Shown one piece after another: positions 1 to 8,228 of a stretch of DNA of 64,000 bases (positions within the stretch are counted from its first letter, which is position 1; every line of letters begins with the position of its first letter). The position numbers and the translations under genes are program-made. The DNA is from a virus (taxonomy: Duplodnaviria > Caudoviricetes): positions 1 through 64,000 of IMG/VR virus record IMGVR_UViG_2791355221_000001. The stretch is one strand, 5' to 3'. The notes below the pieces were generated by a model. It saw only the letters and a list, made by a program, of their open reading frames with translations, was not told the origin of the DNA and did no database searches.

Positions 1-708
1 TTAGTTTGTATCATAATCGTGAATTTCAAATTTATCAGTGTCTACTTCATCAACTGTAAATTTAGCTTTTCTATATGACAATTGCCCAAGTTGATTTGTT
101 ACTTGCACATCATACATTAATTGAAATGAAAGAACTTTTTTGGTGACATCAATCTTTAATGATTCAGAAGTATCTGATATCGTTTTTGATTTGAATGTAG
201 AATTATTAAAAGCCGAGCTTGCAAAGAACTCTCTTTGGTGTTTAATAAAATCTTGGAAATTGCTATAACGTTGTTTTTCGAATTGGTCGTACCATTTTTT
301 ATCAAAATTATAATGCGTGATTCTTTCAACATAATCTTCATCGGTTTTACTCAGATATTTATAATCAATAACATTGATGAAATCATCGACGTCTATTGAT
401 CTATATGAATAAGTACTTTGGCCATTCTTAATTGCAGATAGGTATCGATTGACTGTTAGTTTTGCTTTTGCTTCTTTAGTGAAATAGTTGAAATATGCCA
501 ATGTTGATACCGCGACTACAATAATTATTATTGAAACTGTAAGTAATCTTGAAACTGTTGGAGAGAGTTTTCTAATAGGTTGACCTTCAGGAGCATTTTG
601 TGAAGTTGCTGCGATTAGTTCGCCATTTTCTGAACTTATTTGAGCTCCACAGTTGCTGCAAAACGAACTATCTTCTTGCAAAACAGCATTGCATTTCTTA
701 CACGTCAT
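1..708 (-). CDS. Host zinc-ribbon domain membrane protein
   Basis: N-terminal CKKC..CSNC zinc ribbon, then one hydrophobic helix (LLTVSIIIIVVAVSTLAYF); SD AAGGAG upstream. Confidence 0.7.
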   Translation of the reverse strand: MTCKKCNAVLQEDSSFCSNCGAQISSENGELIAATSQNAPEGQPIRKLSPTVSRLLTVSIIIIVVAVSTLAYFNYFTKEAKAKLTVNRYLSAIKNGQSTYSYRSIDVDDFINVIDYKYLSKTDEDYVERITHYNFDKKWYDQFEKQRYSNFQDFIKHQREFFASSAFNNSTFKSKTISDTSESLKIDVTKKVLSFQLMYDVQVTNQLGQLSYRKAKFTVDEVDTDKFEIHDYDTN

Positions 709-844
709 AGTAATACTCCTTAGAATGAATAATGATTTTTCACTCTAAGATACCATAAATACCCAGATTAGGTCTATAGTCTTAGTTCGTAAAGATAATA
801 TCAGGCAATAGACTATTTCACTATTCAATTTTGGCTGAGTCAGT

Positions 845-950
845 CAAAAGAAAAAGTCAGATCAACTGAAATGATCCGACCTGTATGGCGACTTGTCATT
901 GGCGGTTTATTTTAGTATGGTTTCAAACCAAAACTAATGCCAACTTAGAT
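845..950 (+). ncRNA. Candidate antitoxin RNA / structured 3' region of a type I toxin-antitoxin locus
   Basis: Hairpin-rich non-coding stretch (AGTCAGATCAAC..GATCCGACC; TAGTATGGTTTCAAACCAAAACTA) directly 3' of the toxin-like ORF. Antitoxin role and strand are inferred from type I TA layout only. Confidence 0.25.
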
Positions 951-1037
951 TTATTTCCTCTTGTCAATGTAGGTTAACAATGTGAGTATAAACAACCCAA
1001 ATGCAAACATGATTGTCAGAGCTTGAAATATATCCAT
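951..1037 (-). CDS. 28-aa holin-like type I toxin peptide (MDIFQALTIMFAFGLFILTLLTYIDKRK)
   Basis: Read by hand, not in ORF track. Single TM helix with basic tail; the SD region GAAAGGTGGAGG overlaps a CACCTT/AAGGTG hairpin (1050-1067). Confidence 0.7.
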   Translation of the reverse strand: MDIFQALTIMFAFGLFILTLLTYIDKRK

Positions 1038-1199
1038 GTTCACAGCCTCCACCTTTCCAGTAAGGTGTCCGCCTTTATACAAGTCGTCTTACTGTAAAGT
1101 TTAAAGTTAAATGGATAATTATGTTAGTGCCAATGGAACTATACGTGCATTTTTATCTTTCTACATAATTCGATCAAAACGGATATTTGGTTTATTTCT

Positions 1200-1925
1200 T
1201 TACATCTCAATCTCTTCTATACGTTGTTTTTTATCCAAATTCCTATACTGAATAGCCTCTGCCAGATGTTGCGGCAGGATTTGATCAGAGGCTTCGAGAT
1301 CCGCGATGGTTAAGGCCAACCGCAGGATACGGTCATGCGCCCTTGCGCTCAAACCCAAGGCCTCAAAAGAGGCGTGAAGCAGTTGATCGCCCTCTGGGGT
1401 TAAACGACAGATGTGCCTCATGGATTTGCCGCTTAATTCGTTGTTATGCTGAATGCCGGAACCTGCATAGCGCAGCTGTTGTCGATGATGGGCGAGCATA
1501 ACCTGAGCTAACATATTTTGTGAGGATAAATGGTTCGTTTGCTCTTTTAATTGGAGATAGCTTGGTTTGGGCACTTCGACATGGAGATCGATGCGATCAA
1601 GCAAAGGGCCCGATATTTTAGACCGATAGTGCACAATTTTAGCAGGGCTGCATAAGCAGGCGTTTGTTTCTGTTTCAGCTCCGTAAAATCCGCAAGGACA
1701 AGGATTCATGGCAGCAGCTAAAATAAACCGAGAAGGAAACGTATAAACAGCCCTCGCTCTGGCTATGGTCACATAGCGATCTTCCAGAGGCTGCCGAAGC
1801 ACCTCTAGCGCATTTCGAGTAAATTCAGGCAGTTCATCAAGGAACAGGATACCTCTGTGCGATAAACTAACCTCTCCTGGTTTAGGGATTGTACCGCCAC
1901 CGACAAGCCCGGCAGGCGAAATCGT
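1200..1925 (-). pseudogene. comM: 3' half of comM/yifB Mg-chelatase-like AAA+ ATPase, interrupted by the prophage
   Basis: Frame runs upstream of the called start as TISPAGLVGGGTIPKPGEVSLSHRGILFLDELPEF, then AAMNPCPCG, SGPLLDRIDL, LSARAHDRILRLALTIADL. Homology stops where the family motif PHHT is expected, with an in-frame stop at 1944-1946; visibly higher GC than the phage DNA. Confidence 0.92.
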
Positions 1926-1946
1926 TATTAAAGGGGAGTTGGTTTA
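1905..1946. other. Prophage attachment junction (hybrid att site), crossover near 1923-1928
   Basis: comM homology ends abruptly at codon ACG (1923-1925) and base composition shifts to AT-rich. Confidence 0.75.
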
Positions 1947-2016
1947 ATGATATTGTTAAACAGGTGGACAAATCATTATAATATAAAAGAATGAATGCTC
2001 TATTTTCAATTGGGAT

Positions 2017-2361
2017 GTGAATTATATGTTGGAATTAAACAAAGGAACAGTCAAATGTTTATCATGCGGTAAGAACTACCGCTCCAAAATGGAAAGAAAG
2101 AAACAGGTATTTGTGTGTGGTGGTTTCGCTAATTATGGCAAGGATTTCTGTACCTACAATCCTCTTCAAGCAGATGAGTTGATACTTACCATCTCTAAGC
2201 ATTTCGCGGTCTTAGGGAGGCGTATAGAAGGCGAGATAAAGGATTTGGTGGATAGGATAGAGGTAACCCCTGAGAAGGGATATACGATTTATTATAAAGA
2301 TGGGTCATCGCCATCTGTAATCGACGAGAGTAATGACTATGGAATTAAGGTTAAGTATTAG
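2017..2361 (+). CDS. Stand-alone serine-recombinase-type zinc-ribbon protein (candidate directionality/att-binding factor)
   Basis: KCLSCG..YR......VFVC..........C and terminal LVDRIEV....YTIYYK match the C-terminal zinc-ribbon domain of large serine integrases; no catalytic domain or coiled coil. Confidence 0.65.
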   Translation: MNYMLELNKGTVKCLSCGKNYRSKMERKKQVFVCGGFANYGKDFCTYNPLQADELILTISKHFAVLGRRIEGEIKDLVDRIEVTPEKGYTIYYKDGSSPSVIDESNDYGIKVKY

Positions 2362-2368
2362 GAGAAGA

Positions 2369-2406
2369 AATAACCCACCTCTAGAAAATCTAGAAAGTGG
2401 GTTATT
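2369..2406. terminator. Probable bidirectional intrinsic terminator
   Basis: AATAACCCAC-CTCTAGA / TCTAGAAAGTGGGTTATT inverted repeat between convergent genes. Confidence 0.6.
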
Positions 2407-2532
2407 CAAATACATGTCAGAAGGAGAGGTCAATCATGAGATGCTTCAGTTCGTCTAATTGTCTATTTTGTCCAGATATCGAAATTGTAAACATCCCTCA
2501 ACTAAAATATGTTAAATAATGTTAAAATTCTA

Positions 2533-2599
2533 ATTTTAGGACGACATCGAATTTTACGAGGGAGGCTGAGTCTTTGCTTTTCGCTATTTTAGGACGACA
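2533..2599. repeat. 14-bp direct repeat ATTTTAGGACGACA (2533-2546 and 2586-2599)
   Basis: Two exact copies 53 bp apart in intergenic DNA. Confidence 0.85.
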
Positions 2600-2652
2600 A
2601 AATTATACGTTTTTATTATTGTTTTGATCTCTTAATTTCATTTTTTAATGAA

Positions 2653-3558
2653 CTACAATATACTAGAACTTCCATTCGTATAATATTTTTTTACTGTCTT
2701 AGATTCAACATCAATAGAAGAAACTAAATTTAAATTAATTACATTGGTCTTAAAGTGAATTTGAATAGCTTTTAAAATATCTTTTTCATGAATTGTGAAT
2801 CGCTCACAATTTGTTTTTCTTCTGTGGTATCCCAAGCAAATATATACCGCTTTTTTACGATGCATTTTTCCTCTAAAGTTATTTGAACAATCTAAGCATT
2901 TGATAAAGGCGCTGAATATATATTTCGATGCTCTTTTTTTCTTTATTTTTATGGTTTTCACTTCTATGATTTTTTCTTTTTTTACTTTACTGGGTAGTTT
3001 TATTTTTTCAGGAAATCTATCTATGTAATCTTTGGATATATGTCTCCATGTTTTACCATAGTTTATTCTTGTAACAACGCCCTCTGGGTAATCTCTTGAA
3101 ATTGATTTGACGGGTTCTCCAGAAACAATTCTTTCACATATGGTGATAGCTTCCTTATCAGTTATTGTAGCGTGTGGAGACTTTTCTCCAGATTTAATTT
3201 TACTCAACCACTGTTTCTCTTCTTCAGTGCGCTTTACACCTAGACAACGGCCTGCTGTAGGACTGATATTATATCCATAATTACGATTATAGCATTTTGT
3301 TAAATAAAAATAATATTGCTCTCTATCAATTAGATTGTTCACATCTTCAATAATTTCAATTATTGCAAATTCAAAATTTTCTTCTCTATACTTCAACCAA
3401 GCATGCTGTAAATGAGAGGAATGATGTTCTTTTTTATTTAGTTCTCTTATATGAGATTTCCATCTGACATGTATATCTTTACTACTTCCAATATAGACTT
3501 TTCCGTTTTGTTTGTTCTCTATCTTATAAATTCCAGATATTATCTTGCTCATATTCAT
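2653..3558 (-). CDS. GIY-YIG endonuclease with C-terminal recombinase-type zinc-ribbon domain
   Basis: SGIYKIEN..NGKVYIGSS....RW..H, REQYY, YNI motifs; NUMOD3-like middle segment; C-terminal YIFSAFIKCLDC...YIC...C domain. Confidence 0.85.
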   Translation of the reverse strand: MNMSKIISGIYKIENKQNGKVYIGSSKDIHVRWKSHIRELNKKEHHSSHLQHAWLKYREENFEFAIIEIIEDVNNLIDREQYYFYLTKCYNRNYGYNISPTAGRCLGVKRTEEEKQWLSKIKSGEKSPHATITDKEAITICERIVSGEPVKSISRDYPEGVVTRINYGKTWRHISKDYIDRFPEKIKLPSKVKKEKIIEVKTIKIKKKRASKYIFSAFIKCLDCSNNFRGKMHRKKAVYICLGYHRRKTNCERFTIHEKDILKAIQIHFKTNVINLNLVSSIDVESKTVKKYYTNGSSSIL

Positions 3559-3638
3559 CCTCCAAGTAATAAAAAAACCTTCAGACAGTGTTCATCCGAA
3601 GGTTTTTAAGTCAAATTAATATCAAGTAATAGTCGTTC

Positions 3639-3705
3639 AAACGACACCCCTGCTAACGCCAAAACGATACCCCTAGAAATACGGATAAACCCTTATACAA
3701 CAAGG
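3639..3705. repeat. Iteron-like repeats AAACGA(C/T)ACCCCT (3639-3651, 3662-3674) plus CCTTATACAACAAGG dyad
   Basis: Two 13-mers with one mismatch, 23 bp apart, just downstream of the RepL-like gene. Confidence 0.6.
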
Positions 3706-3741
3706 ATCGAAGGAACTTTTGTGGTTTTGCGTGTTCTTACC

Positions 3742-4392
3742 TTATTTACCATCCACATTACGCTTAGTTATGTGAAATTTATTATTTGAGTTATATATGG
3801 AGCTCTCGAACAATCTATATGTATCAACATCAATTATCCCACCAGAAGAAATTAAAAAAGGATTGAAATATACAATTCTTCTATTGGCGATTTGTTGTGT
3901 TTTGATGATTCCTTGCTTTTCCAATTCATTCAATGTCTTTCTTGTAACATTCTCTTTAACACCCATCATTTCTCCGAGCTTTTCAACTGTTGGATGCTCA
4001 CTATTTACTACTATTGAGTTTGATGGAAAGTGTAAATAGTGCTGGAACCTAAACAAGAATATCTGTGCTCTGTCTGATAAAGCAACGTTTTCAAGTAGCC
4101 ATCTCATATCAACTCTAAACACCTTATTAAAAGTATAGTTTTCTTTTATTTTTATACAGAAATATTTTGCACCATTTCTTGCTCTAATCAATCTTAAGTT
4201 TGAGTTAATTCCTAAGCTGTTCATAGTAGATATTGCTTCATAGAAATCGTCTAACTTTTGTTTTTCAATTGATTTTTTTAAGATTTCTTTTTGTATTATT
4301 TCGCCATCTGTATTGACAAACTGACCATCGATTAAGTGATATTCAGCATCTATTATAAACTCATCATTTTGTTCAATTATCTCTAAATCCAA
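3742..4392 (-). CDS. Winged-helix protein resembling RepL-type replication/maintenance proteins
   Basis: PTVEKLGEMMGV...TRKTLNELEKQGII....IVYFNPFL wHTH with YxxNP-like signature; TTG start. Confidence 0.55.
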   Translation of the reverse strand: MDLEIIEQNDEFIIDAEYHLIDGQFVNTDGEIIQKEILKKSIEKQKLDDFYEAISTMNSLGINSNLRLIRARNGAKYFCIKIKENYTFNKVFRVDMRWLLENVALSDRAQIFLFRFQHYLHFPSNSIVVNSEHPTVEKLGEMMGVKENVTRKTLNELEKQGIIKTQQIANRRIVYFNPFLISSGGIIDVDTYRLFESSIYNSNNKFHITKRNVDGK

Positions 4393-4433
4393 GTAATATC
4401 AAGCCCTTCTACAAGTCATATGTATTTTTATCT

Positions 4434-4655
4434 TTAAGCGTTAACTGCCATATCTTTAATGTCACGAAATGCAGATATGAAACGCTTTAAAGTTGAGTCG
4501 TTCAAATACATATCTACAAGAGTTTTAACTTGATCATTTTTTTCAAAATAAAAAGTTGCTTTACCATTTTCTTTTTCGACTTTTAATATTTTCACGCCAT
4601 TCGACTTCAAAAAGGCAGCAATGTTAAGGCTGAAAGTAGTATAATATTTATCCAT
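4434..4655 (-). CDS. Small DUF5659-like phage protein
   Basis: T.SL.IAAFL...G......K.....FYFE pattern; SD TGGAGTGA. Confidence 0.55.
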   Translation of the reverse strand: MDKYYTTFSLNIAAFLKSNGVKILKVEKENGKATFYFEKNDQVKTLVDMYLNDSTLKRFISAFRDIKDMAVNA

Positions 4656-4855
4656 GTAATATCACTCCAATAAATTATTTGTGTTCGAAGAAAATCAATT
4701 ATCGAATTCACGCCAATCTCTGATTGGTGGGAATGACAAGGAACGGGCTCATCGTTCCGCGTCAGGCACTTGACCTATAAAAACAAAAAGAAAAGGGACT
4801 CCTATAACTCAGGAATCCCCAATTAATAAAACCACGATTTTATTATCGATTTAAT

Positions 4856-5608
4856 TTATTTAGCTACCCACATGTCAGTCACATAACGCCCTATAAAATC
4901 CATTGGAATGTAAAGATAGCCGTTGTCTCCAAAGTTTTGTCCATAACTATTACGAACAATCATGTATTCTTTGTCGTATATTTTCTTCCATCCCATTATT
5001 AGCATAGCATGGTAGCCAATGATACTTTCCTTAGTCTTATCAGGTAGTGGAACAAACCCAGTATTCTTTACTTCGTCATACTCAAAACTATTCCAAACTT
5101 CAATACCAAGTACTACAGGACAACCCTCTGATAGGGCAGATTTCAACTGTGTAACGGTCATGATTCTATGATAGTCATTTATTTTGTAATCCGCGGCGTC
5201 CTTCTCTGCTTCTCGTGAAGGAAGTACCTTATACTTTGATATATCATAAGGAAAAAACGATTCTCTGCATACTCCGATTTGTTGGGCTATTCTCAATCCG
5301 TTACGAATTGAGATTCCAGAATCCCAATCAATTGTTCCTTCGGTCTCACGTGTTTTATAGTAAAGGAAAAGTTGAGACAAGTAAAAATAGTAATGAGAAG
5401 GAGTGTTTTGTTTCATCCAATACATCATAAGTTCAGTAATTGAAAATATGGCACATGCGCCTAAGTTGAGTTGATCAAAAATCTCAGGAATGTCCTTGGA
5501 ACGTAAATCAATTTCTTTAAACTCGCTGTTCGATCCACTTGCCATATAAATGTAATCACGCGAATCAACTTGATCTGGTTTAAGTAAATACTGTCTTTCA
5601 GAATTCAT
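4856..5608 (-). CDS. Papain-family (C1) cysteine peptidase
   Basis: DQLNLGAC (Q..C), LSQLFLYY, GYHAMLIMGW (His), IVRNSYG..FGDNGY (Asn). Confidence 0.88.
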   Translation of the reverse strand: MNSERQYLLKPDQVDSRDYIYMASGSNSEFKEIDLRSKDIPEIFDQLNLGACAIFSITELMMYWMKQNTPSHYYFYLSQLFLYYKTRETEGTIDWDSGISIRNGLRIAQQIGVCRESFFPYDISKYKVLPSREAEKDAADYKINDYHRIMTVTQLKSALSEGCPVVLGIEVWNSFEYDEVKNTGFVPLPDKTKESIIGYHAMLIMGWKKIYDKEYMIVRNSYGQNFGDNGYLYIPMDFIGRYVTDMWVAK

Positions 5609-5633
5609 ATTAATTTTACAGTCCTCTCATAAT

Positions 5634-5665
5634 AAAAAAAGAGCCACAGAATTTATCTGTGACTC
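5634..5665 (-). terminator. Intrinsic terminator after endolysin
   Basis: GAGTCACAGA-TAAAT-TCTGTGGCTC followed by T7 on the minus strand. Confidence 0.75.
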
Positions 5666-5672
5666 CATATTT

Positions 5673-6347
5673 TTAAGCATTTTTCCGTCTGCGCTCATCA
5701 ATTAGCACTTTAAGTAAAATCAAATCCTTATATGTCAACGTTTTATCTCTCACTGCTTGAACCCATTTCCACTTATCAATGATCTTGTCATTATAGGCAT
5801 CACCCAAATATGCATCTAACTCATCCCATGCCCATTGATCATATTCCAGTACTTTATTCATATCATCTTCATCCTTTACAGTTTCAACTAATTCAGGTAG
5901 TTTTGCACCATTCCTCAAGTCATTAATACTCAAACCAAAACTCATCTCAAAATGTGGATAATCTACAATTCCTTCTCTTTCATAAGTCCAATCTCCACCC
6001 CAGACAAATCCAAGGCCTTTACCAATTGCTCCGACTCTAAGCCACTTGTCATTAACAGTCCACACTACATTAATACCATCATCAGCTAAAAGGCAGAAAT
6101 CCAGAGCTACCCCATAGTTGTGCATCGAATATCCAGCCCTAGCATTCGTCACAATTGCACCTGCTGTTGTTCTACCTTGAGCATATAAGGCTGCTTGTTC
6201 TTCAAATGTGCGTAATCCTTGAACTATAACAATGTTGATACCTTCATTAAACGCCGCGGTAATGAGTTGACGAGTCTTAGTTGCTACAATAGAATGAAGT
6301 TTAACAACTCTTGCTTCACTCTTAGCTAAAAGCTGTGATAGTTGCAT
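5673..6347 (-). CDS. Endolysin, M15 L-Ala-D-Glu peptidase (CwlK-like)
   Basis: GLRTFEEQAALYAQGRT, VTNARAGYSMHNYGVALD, WGGDW, DYPHFE. Confidence 0.92.
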   Translation of the reverse strand: MQLSQLLAKSEARVVKLHSIVATKTRQLITAAFNEGINIVIVQGLRTFEEQAALYAQGRTTAGAIVTNARAGYSMHNYGVALDFCLLADDGINVVWTVNDKWLRVGAIGKGLGFVWGGDWTYEREGIVDYPHFEMSFGLSINDLRNGAKLPELVETVKDEDDMNKVLEYDQWAWDELDAYLGDAYNDKIIDKWKWVQAVRDKTLTYKDLILLKVLIDERRRKNA

Positions 6348-6353
6348 AACTAA

Positions 6354-6566
6354 TCACACCTTACCCTTGAATAAAGAAACGATTAACTTACTATCCAAAG
6401 TAATACCAAACACAAGGGTCGCTACAGCGCTCACTACATCTGCCCAAAATTCCAATTCAGCTTCAGGTAACTCATACCCAAAATGTCCAGAAATTTTATT
6501 GGAAATGCCTAAAATAATAAATAGAAGTGAAACGTAACGTAGCACTTTAACTTTATCTATATTCAT
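6354..6566 (-). CDS. Holin
   Basis: 70 aa, two TM segments, immediately upstream of the endolysin. Confidence 0.65.
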   Translation of the reverse strand: MNIDKVKVLRYVSLLFIILGISNKISGHFGYELPEAELEFWADVVSAVATLVFGITLDSKLIVSLFKGKV

Positions 6567-6580
6567 TTTTCATTCTCCTT

Positions 6581-6901
6581 TTATTTATAAATAGCAATGA
6601 TGGCTACAACAACAGCAGCTAGTGATGGCAGTATACTTAGCCAAACAGGAAGGTTATTTTTATTTGATTGTTTCTCTGATCTGATATCGACGATGGCTTT
6701 TTGTAATCCGTCAATTTTATCATCACGCAACCTGAACTTTTCATCCAATAATACTGTTGTTACAAAATTTTCTTCACGACGATCTAATTTCTCCTCAAGA
6801 CGAGTAAATGATTTTGTGAGTGAAGCCATTCCATCCAATACATTTTTTAATTGTGTCTCAACGATTGCTAAACGTTCACTCTCAGTTAATTCATTTCCCA
6901 T
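6581..6901 (-). CDS. XhlA/holin-like coiled-coil membrane protein
   Basis: ERLAIVETQL coiled coil plus C-terminal TM; ATG at 6901 follows SD GGAAGGTG. Confidence 0.6.
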   Translation of the reverse strand: MGNELTESERLAIVETQLKNVLDGMASLTKSFTRLEEKLDRREENFVTTVLLDEKFRLRDDKIDGLQKAIVDIRSEKQSNKNNLPVWLSILPSLAAVVVAIIAIYK

Positions 6902-6951
6902 TGATTTCACACCTTCCAAATACTCGTATATCCTTCAATTTACTCTATATT

Positions 6952-7464
6952 TCAAGCTTGTTTTTCCAATGAAATTCTACTTTTATTGGCTTTATCTAAT
7001 CCTTCGATGATATCTTCTGGTGTAATTGAGTCATTCAAAAAACTCATCTCGGGTAATTCGAGTAAGCCACGTAAGACCAGTTCACTACATATATCTTTGT
7101 TGTAGTTATTCCATAGATGCCTATTCTTACTAAAGCCTAGAATGTATAACAAAATCCCAAGTATTCTTCCATAATCGTAATCTCGATTAGTTTGATCCAA
7201 CAAAAAAGAAATTAGATTCAATCTCTCTTTGTCAGTAATATTTAGTTGGATAATTCTAAAATCCTTATAACGATTTTTTCTAACCTTGACTGGTCTAAAG
7301 AAATTGGATTCGATTAGATAGTGTTCGCTAACGATTACACCCACATGACTCCAATTGCTTTTTGTTAGTTTTCTAATTATCCAAGACAGAGGACTTTTTG
7401 AGCGTACAAAAATGATGTCTCCAATCATTTTAGAATTACCACTGAATAGCATTAACGTCTTCAT
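6952..7464 (-). CDS. Permuted NlpC/P60 (YiiX/YebB-like) hydrolase
   Basis: GDIIFVR, WSHVG, YDY, ICSELV, ITPEDI (His before Cys). Confidence 0.8.
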   Translation of the reverse strand: MKTLMLFSGNSKMIGDIIFVRSKSPLSWIIRKLTKSNWSHVGVIVSEHYLIESNFFRPVKVRKNRYKDFRIIQLNITDKERLNLISFLLDQTNRDYDYGRILGILLYILGFSKNRHLWNNYNKDICSELVLRGLLELPEMSFLNDSITPEDIIEGLDKANKSRISLEKQA

Positions 7465-7963
7465 TTGTTTCCGCTACTGTGACTTGTTCTTTAAGTGTCC
7501 AATACTTTGCAATATTATTATTTTTATGAGTAAGTCCATCACCAAACACCTGCTTGAACTGATTAAAAGTATGAGGGTGAGGTGATCCAGATGCTTTCCA
7601 AATGATTGGTTCAGTTACTAATCCTGCTGTGATTGCGTTTAACATGCCACCGAGGTTTATCTGATCGTCAGTGCCGAATTCATATGAATTAGAAGAACCT
7701 AGAGCATCTGACCTAAATCCAGCAAGAATAGCTGCATTACATGCTGAATTAAGCTCATTAATTTTACGTTGTTTTAGATCTGCAGGTTCTGGAGTTTGCG
7801 CAGGAGTCCAAATGCCATCATCGTAGATGTCTCTAGGGTTTACGTTTTGATCTTCAGTTAGGGGGATCATGTGATCAGCAATGACCTCTCCCAACAAGTA
7901 AGATACACCCACGCAAACGCCTGTCGCCAAGTCTATTTGTGCATATTTATAATAACCATCCAT
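7436..7963 (-). CDS. Tail fibre assembly/chaperone protein (DUF4376-like)
   Basis: YAQID...GVC N-terminus; K..EL.SACNAAILAGF.S.ALG, DQINL, HT..Q motifs; follows the fibre genes. Confidence 0.7.
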   Translation of the reverse strand: MDGYYKYAQIDLATGVCVGVSYLLGEVIADHMIPLTEDQNVNPRDIYDDGIWTPAQTPEPADLKQRKINELNSACNAAILAGFRSDALGSSNSYEFGTDDQINLGGMLNAITAGLVTEPIIWKASGSPHPHTFNQFKQVFGDGLTHKNNNIAKYWTLKEQVTVAETNEDVNAIQW

Positions 7964-7982
7964 GTTGTATGCTCCTTTCTAT

Positions 7983-8213
7983 TTAGTAGAACTCAACTAC
8001 TTGCCAAGCAGGGTTGGCATTACCTGTACTTCCACCTGCGGGAGAGAATTGTAGCGTTGTTTCGCTAGTTAGTGATACCCTGTATGGGGCTGCGCTTTCG
8101 CTGTTCATCGATCCAAAGTTATTTGCAATCATAAATGATTTTGTGAGATTTACGGATGTTATTGTCACTGTGGAGTTAGCATATGACGCTACGCCCCTTT
8201 GTACGTTTATCAT
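7983..8213 (-). CDS. Stand-alone paralogue of the tail-fibre C-terminal tip domain
   Basis: 42/73 identical residues, ungapped, to the last 73 aa of the 1433-aa fibre (hand alignment); own SD AAAGGGG and ATG. Confidence 0.85.
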   Translation of the reverse strand: MINVQRGVASYANSTVTITSVNLTKSFMIANNFGSMNSESAAPYRVSLTSETTLQFSPAGGSTGNANPAWQVVEFY

Positions 8214-8228
8214 ACTTTATGCCCCTTT

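Noticed and set aside
2417-2494. 25-aa minus-strand ORF as an SprB-like directionality factor
   Set aside because: The SD-like sequence abuts the ATG with no spacer and the peptide has no recognisable features.
2653-3558. Group I intron-encoded endonuclease
   Set aside because: It has its own SD and interrupts no gene; no intron core elements were recognised.
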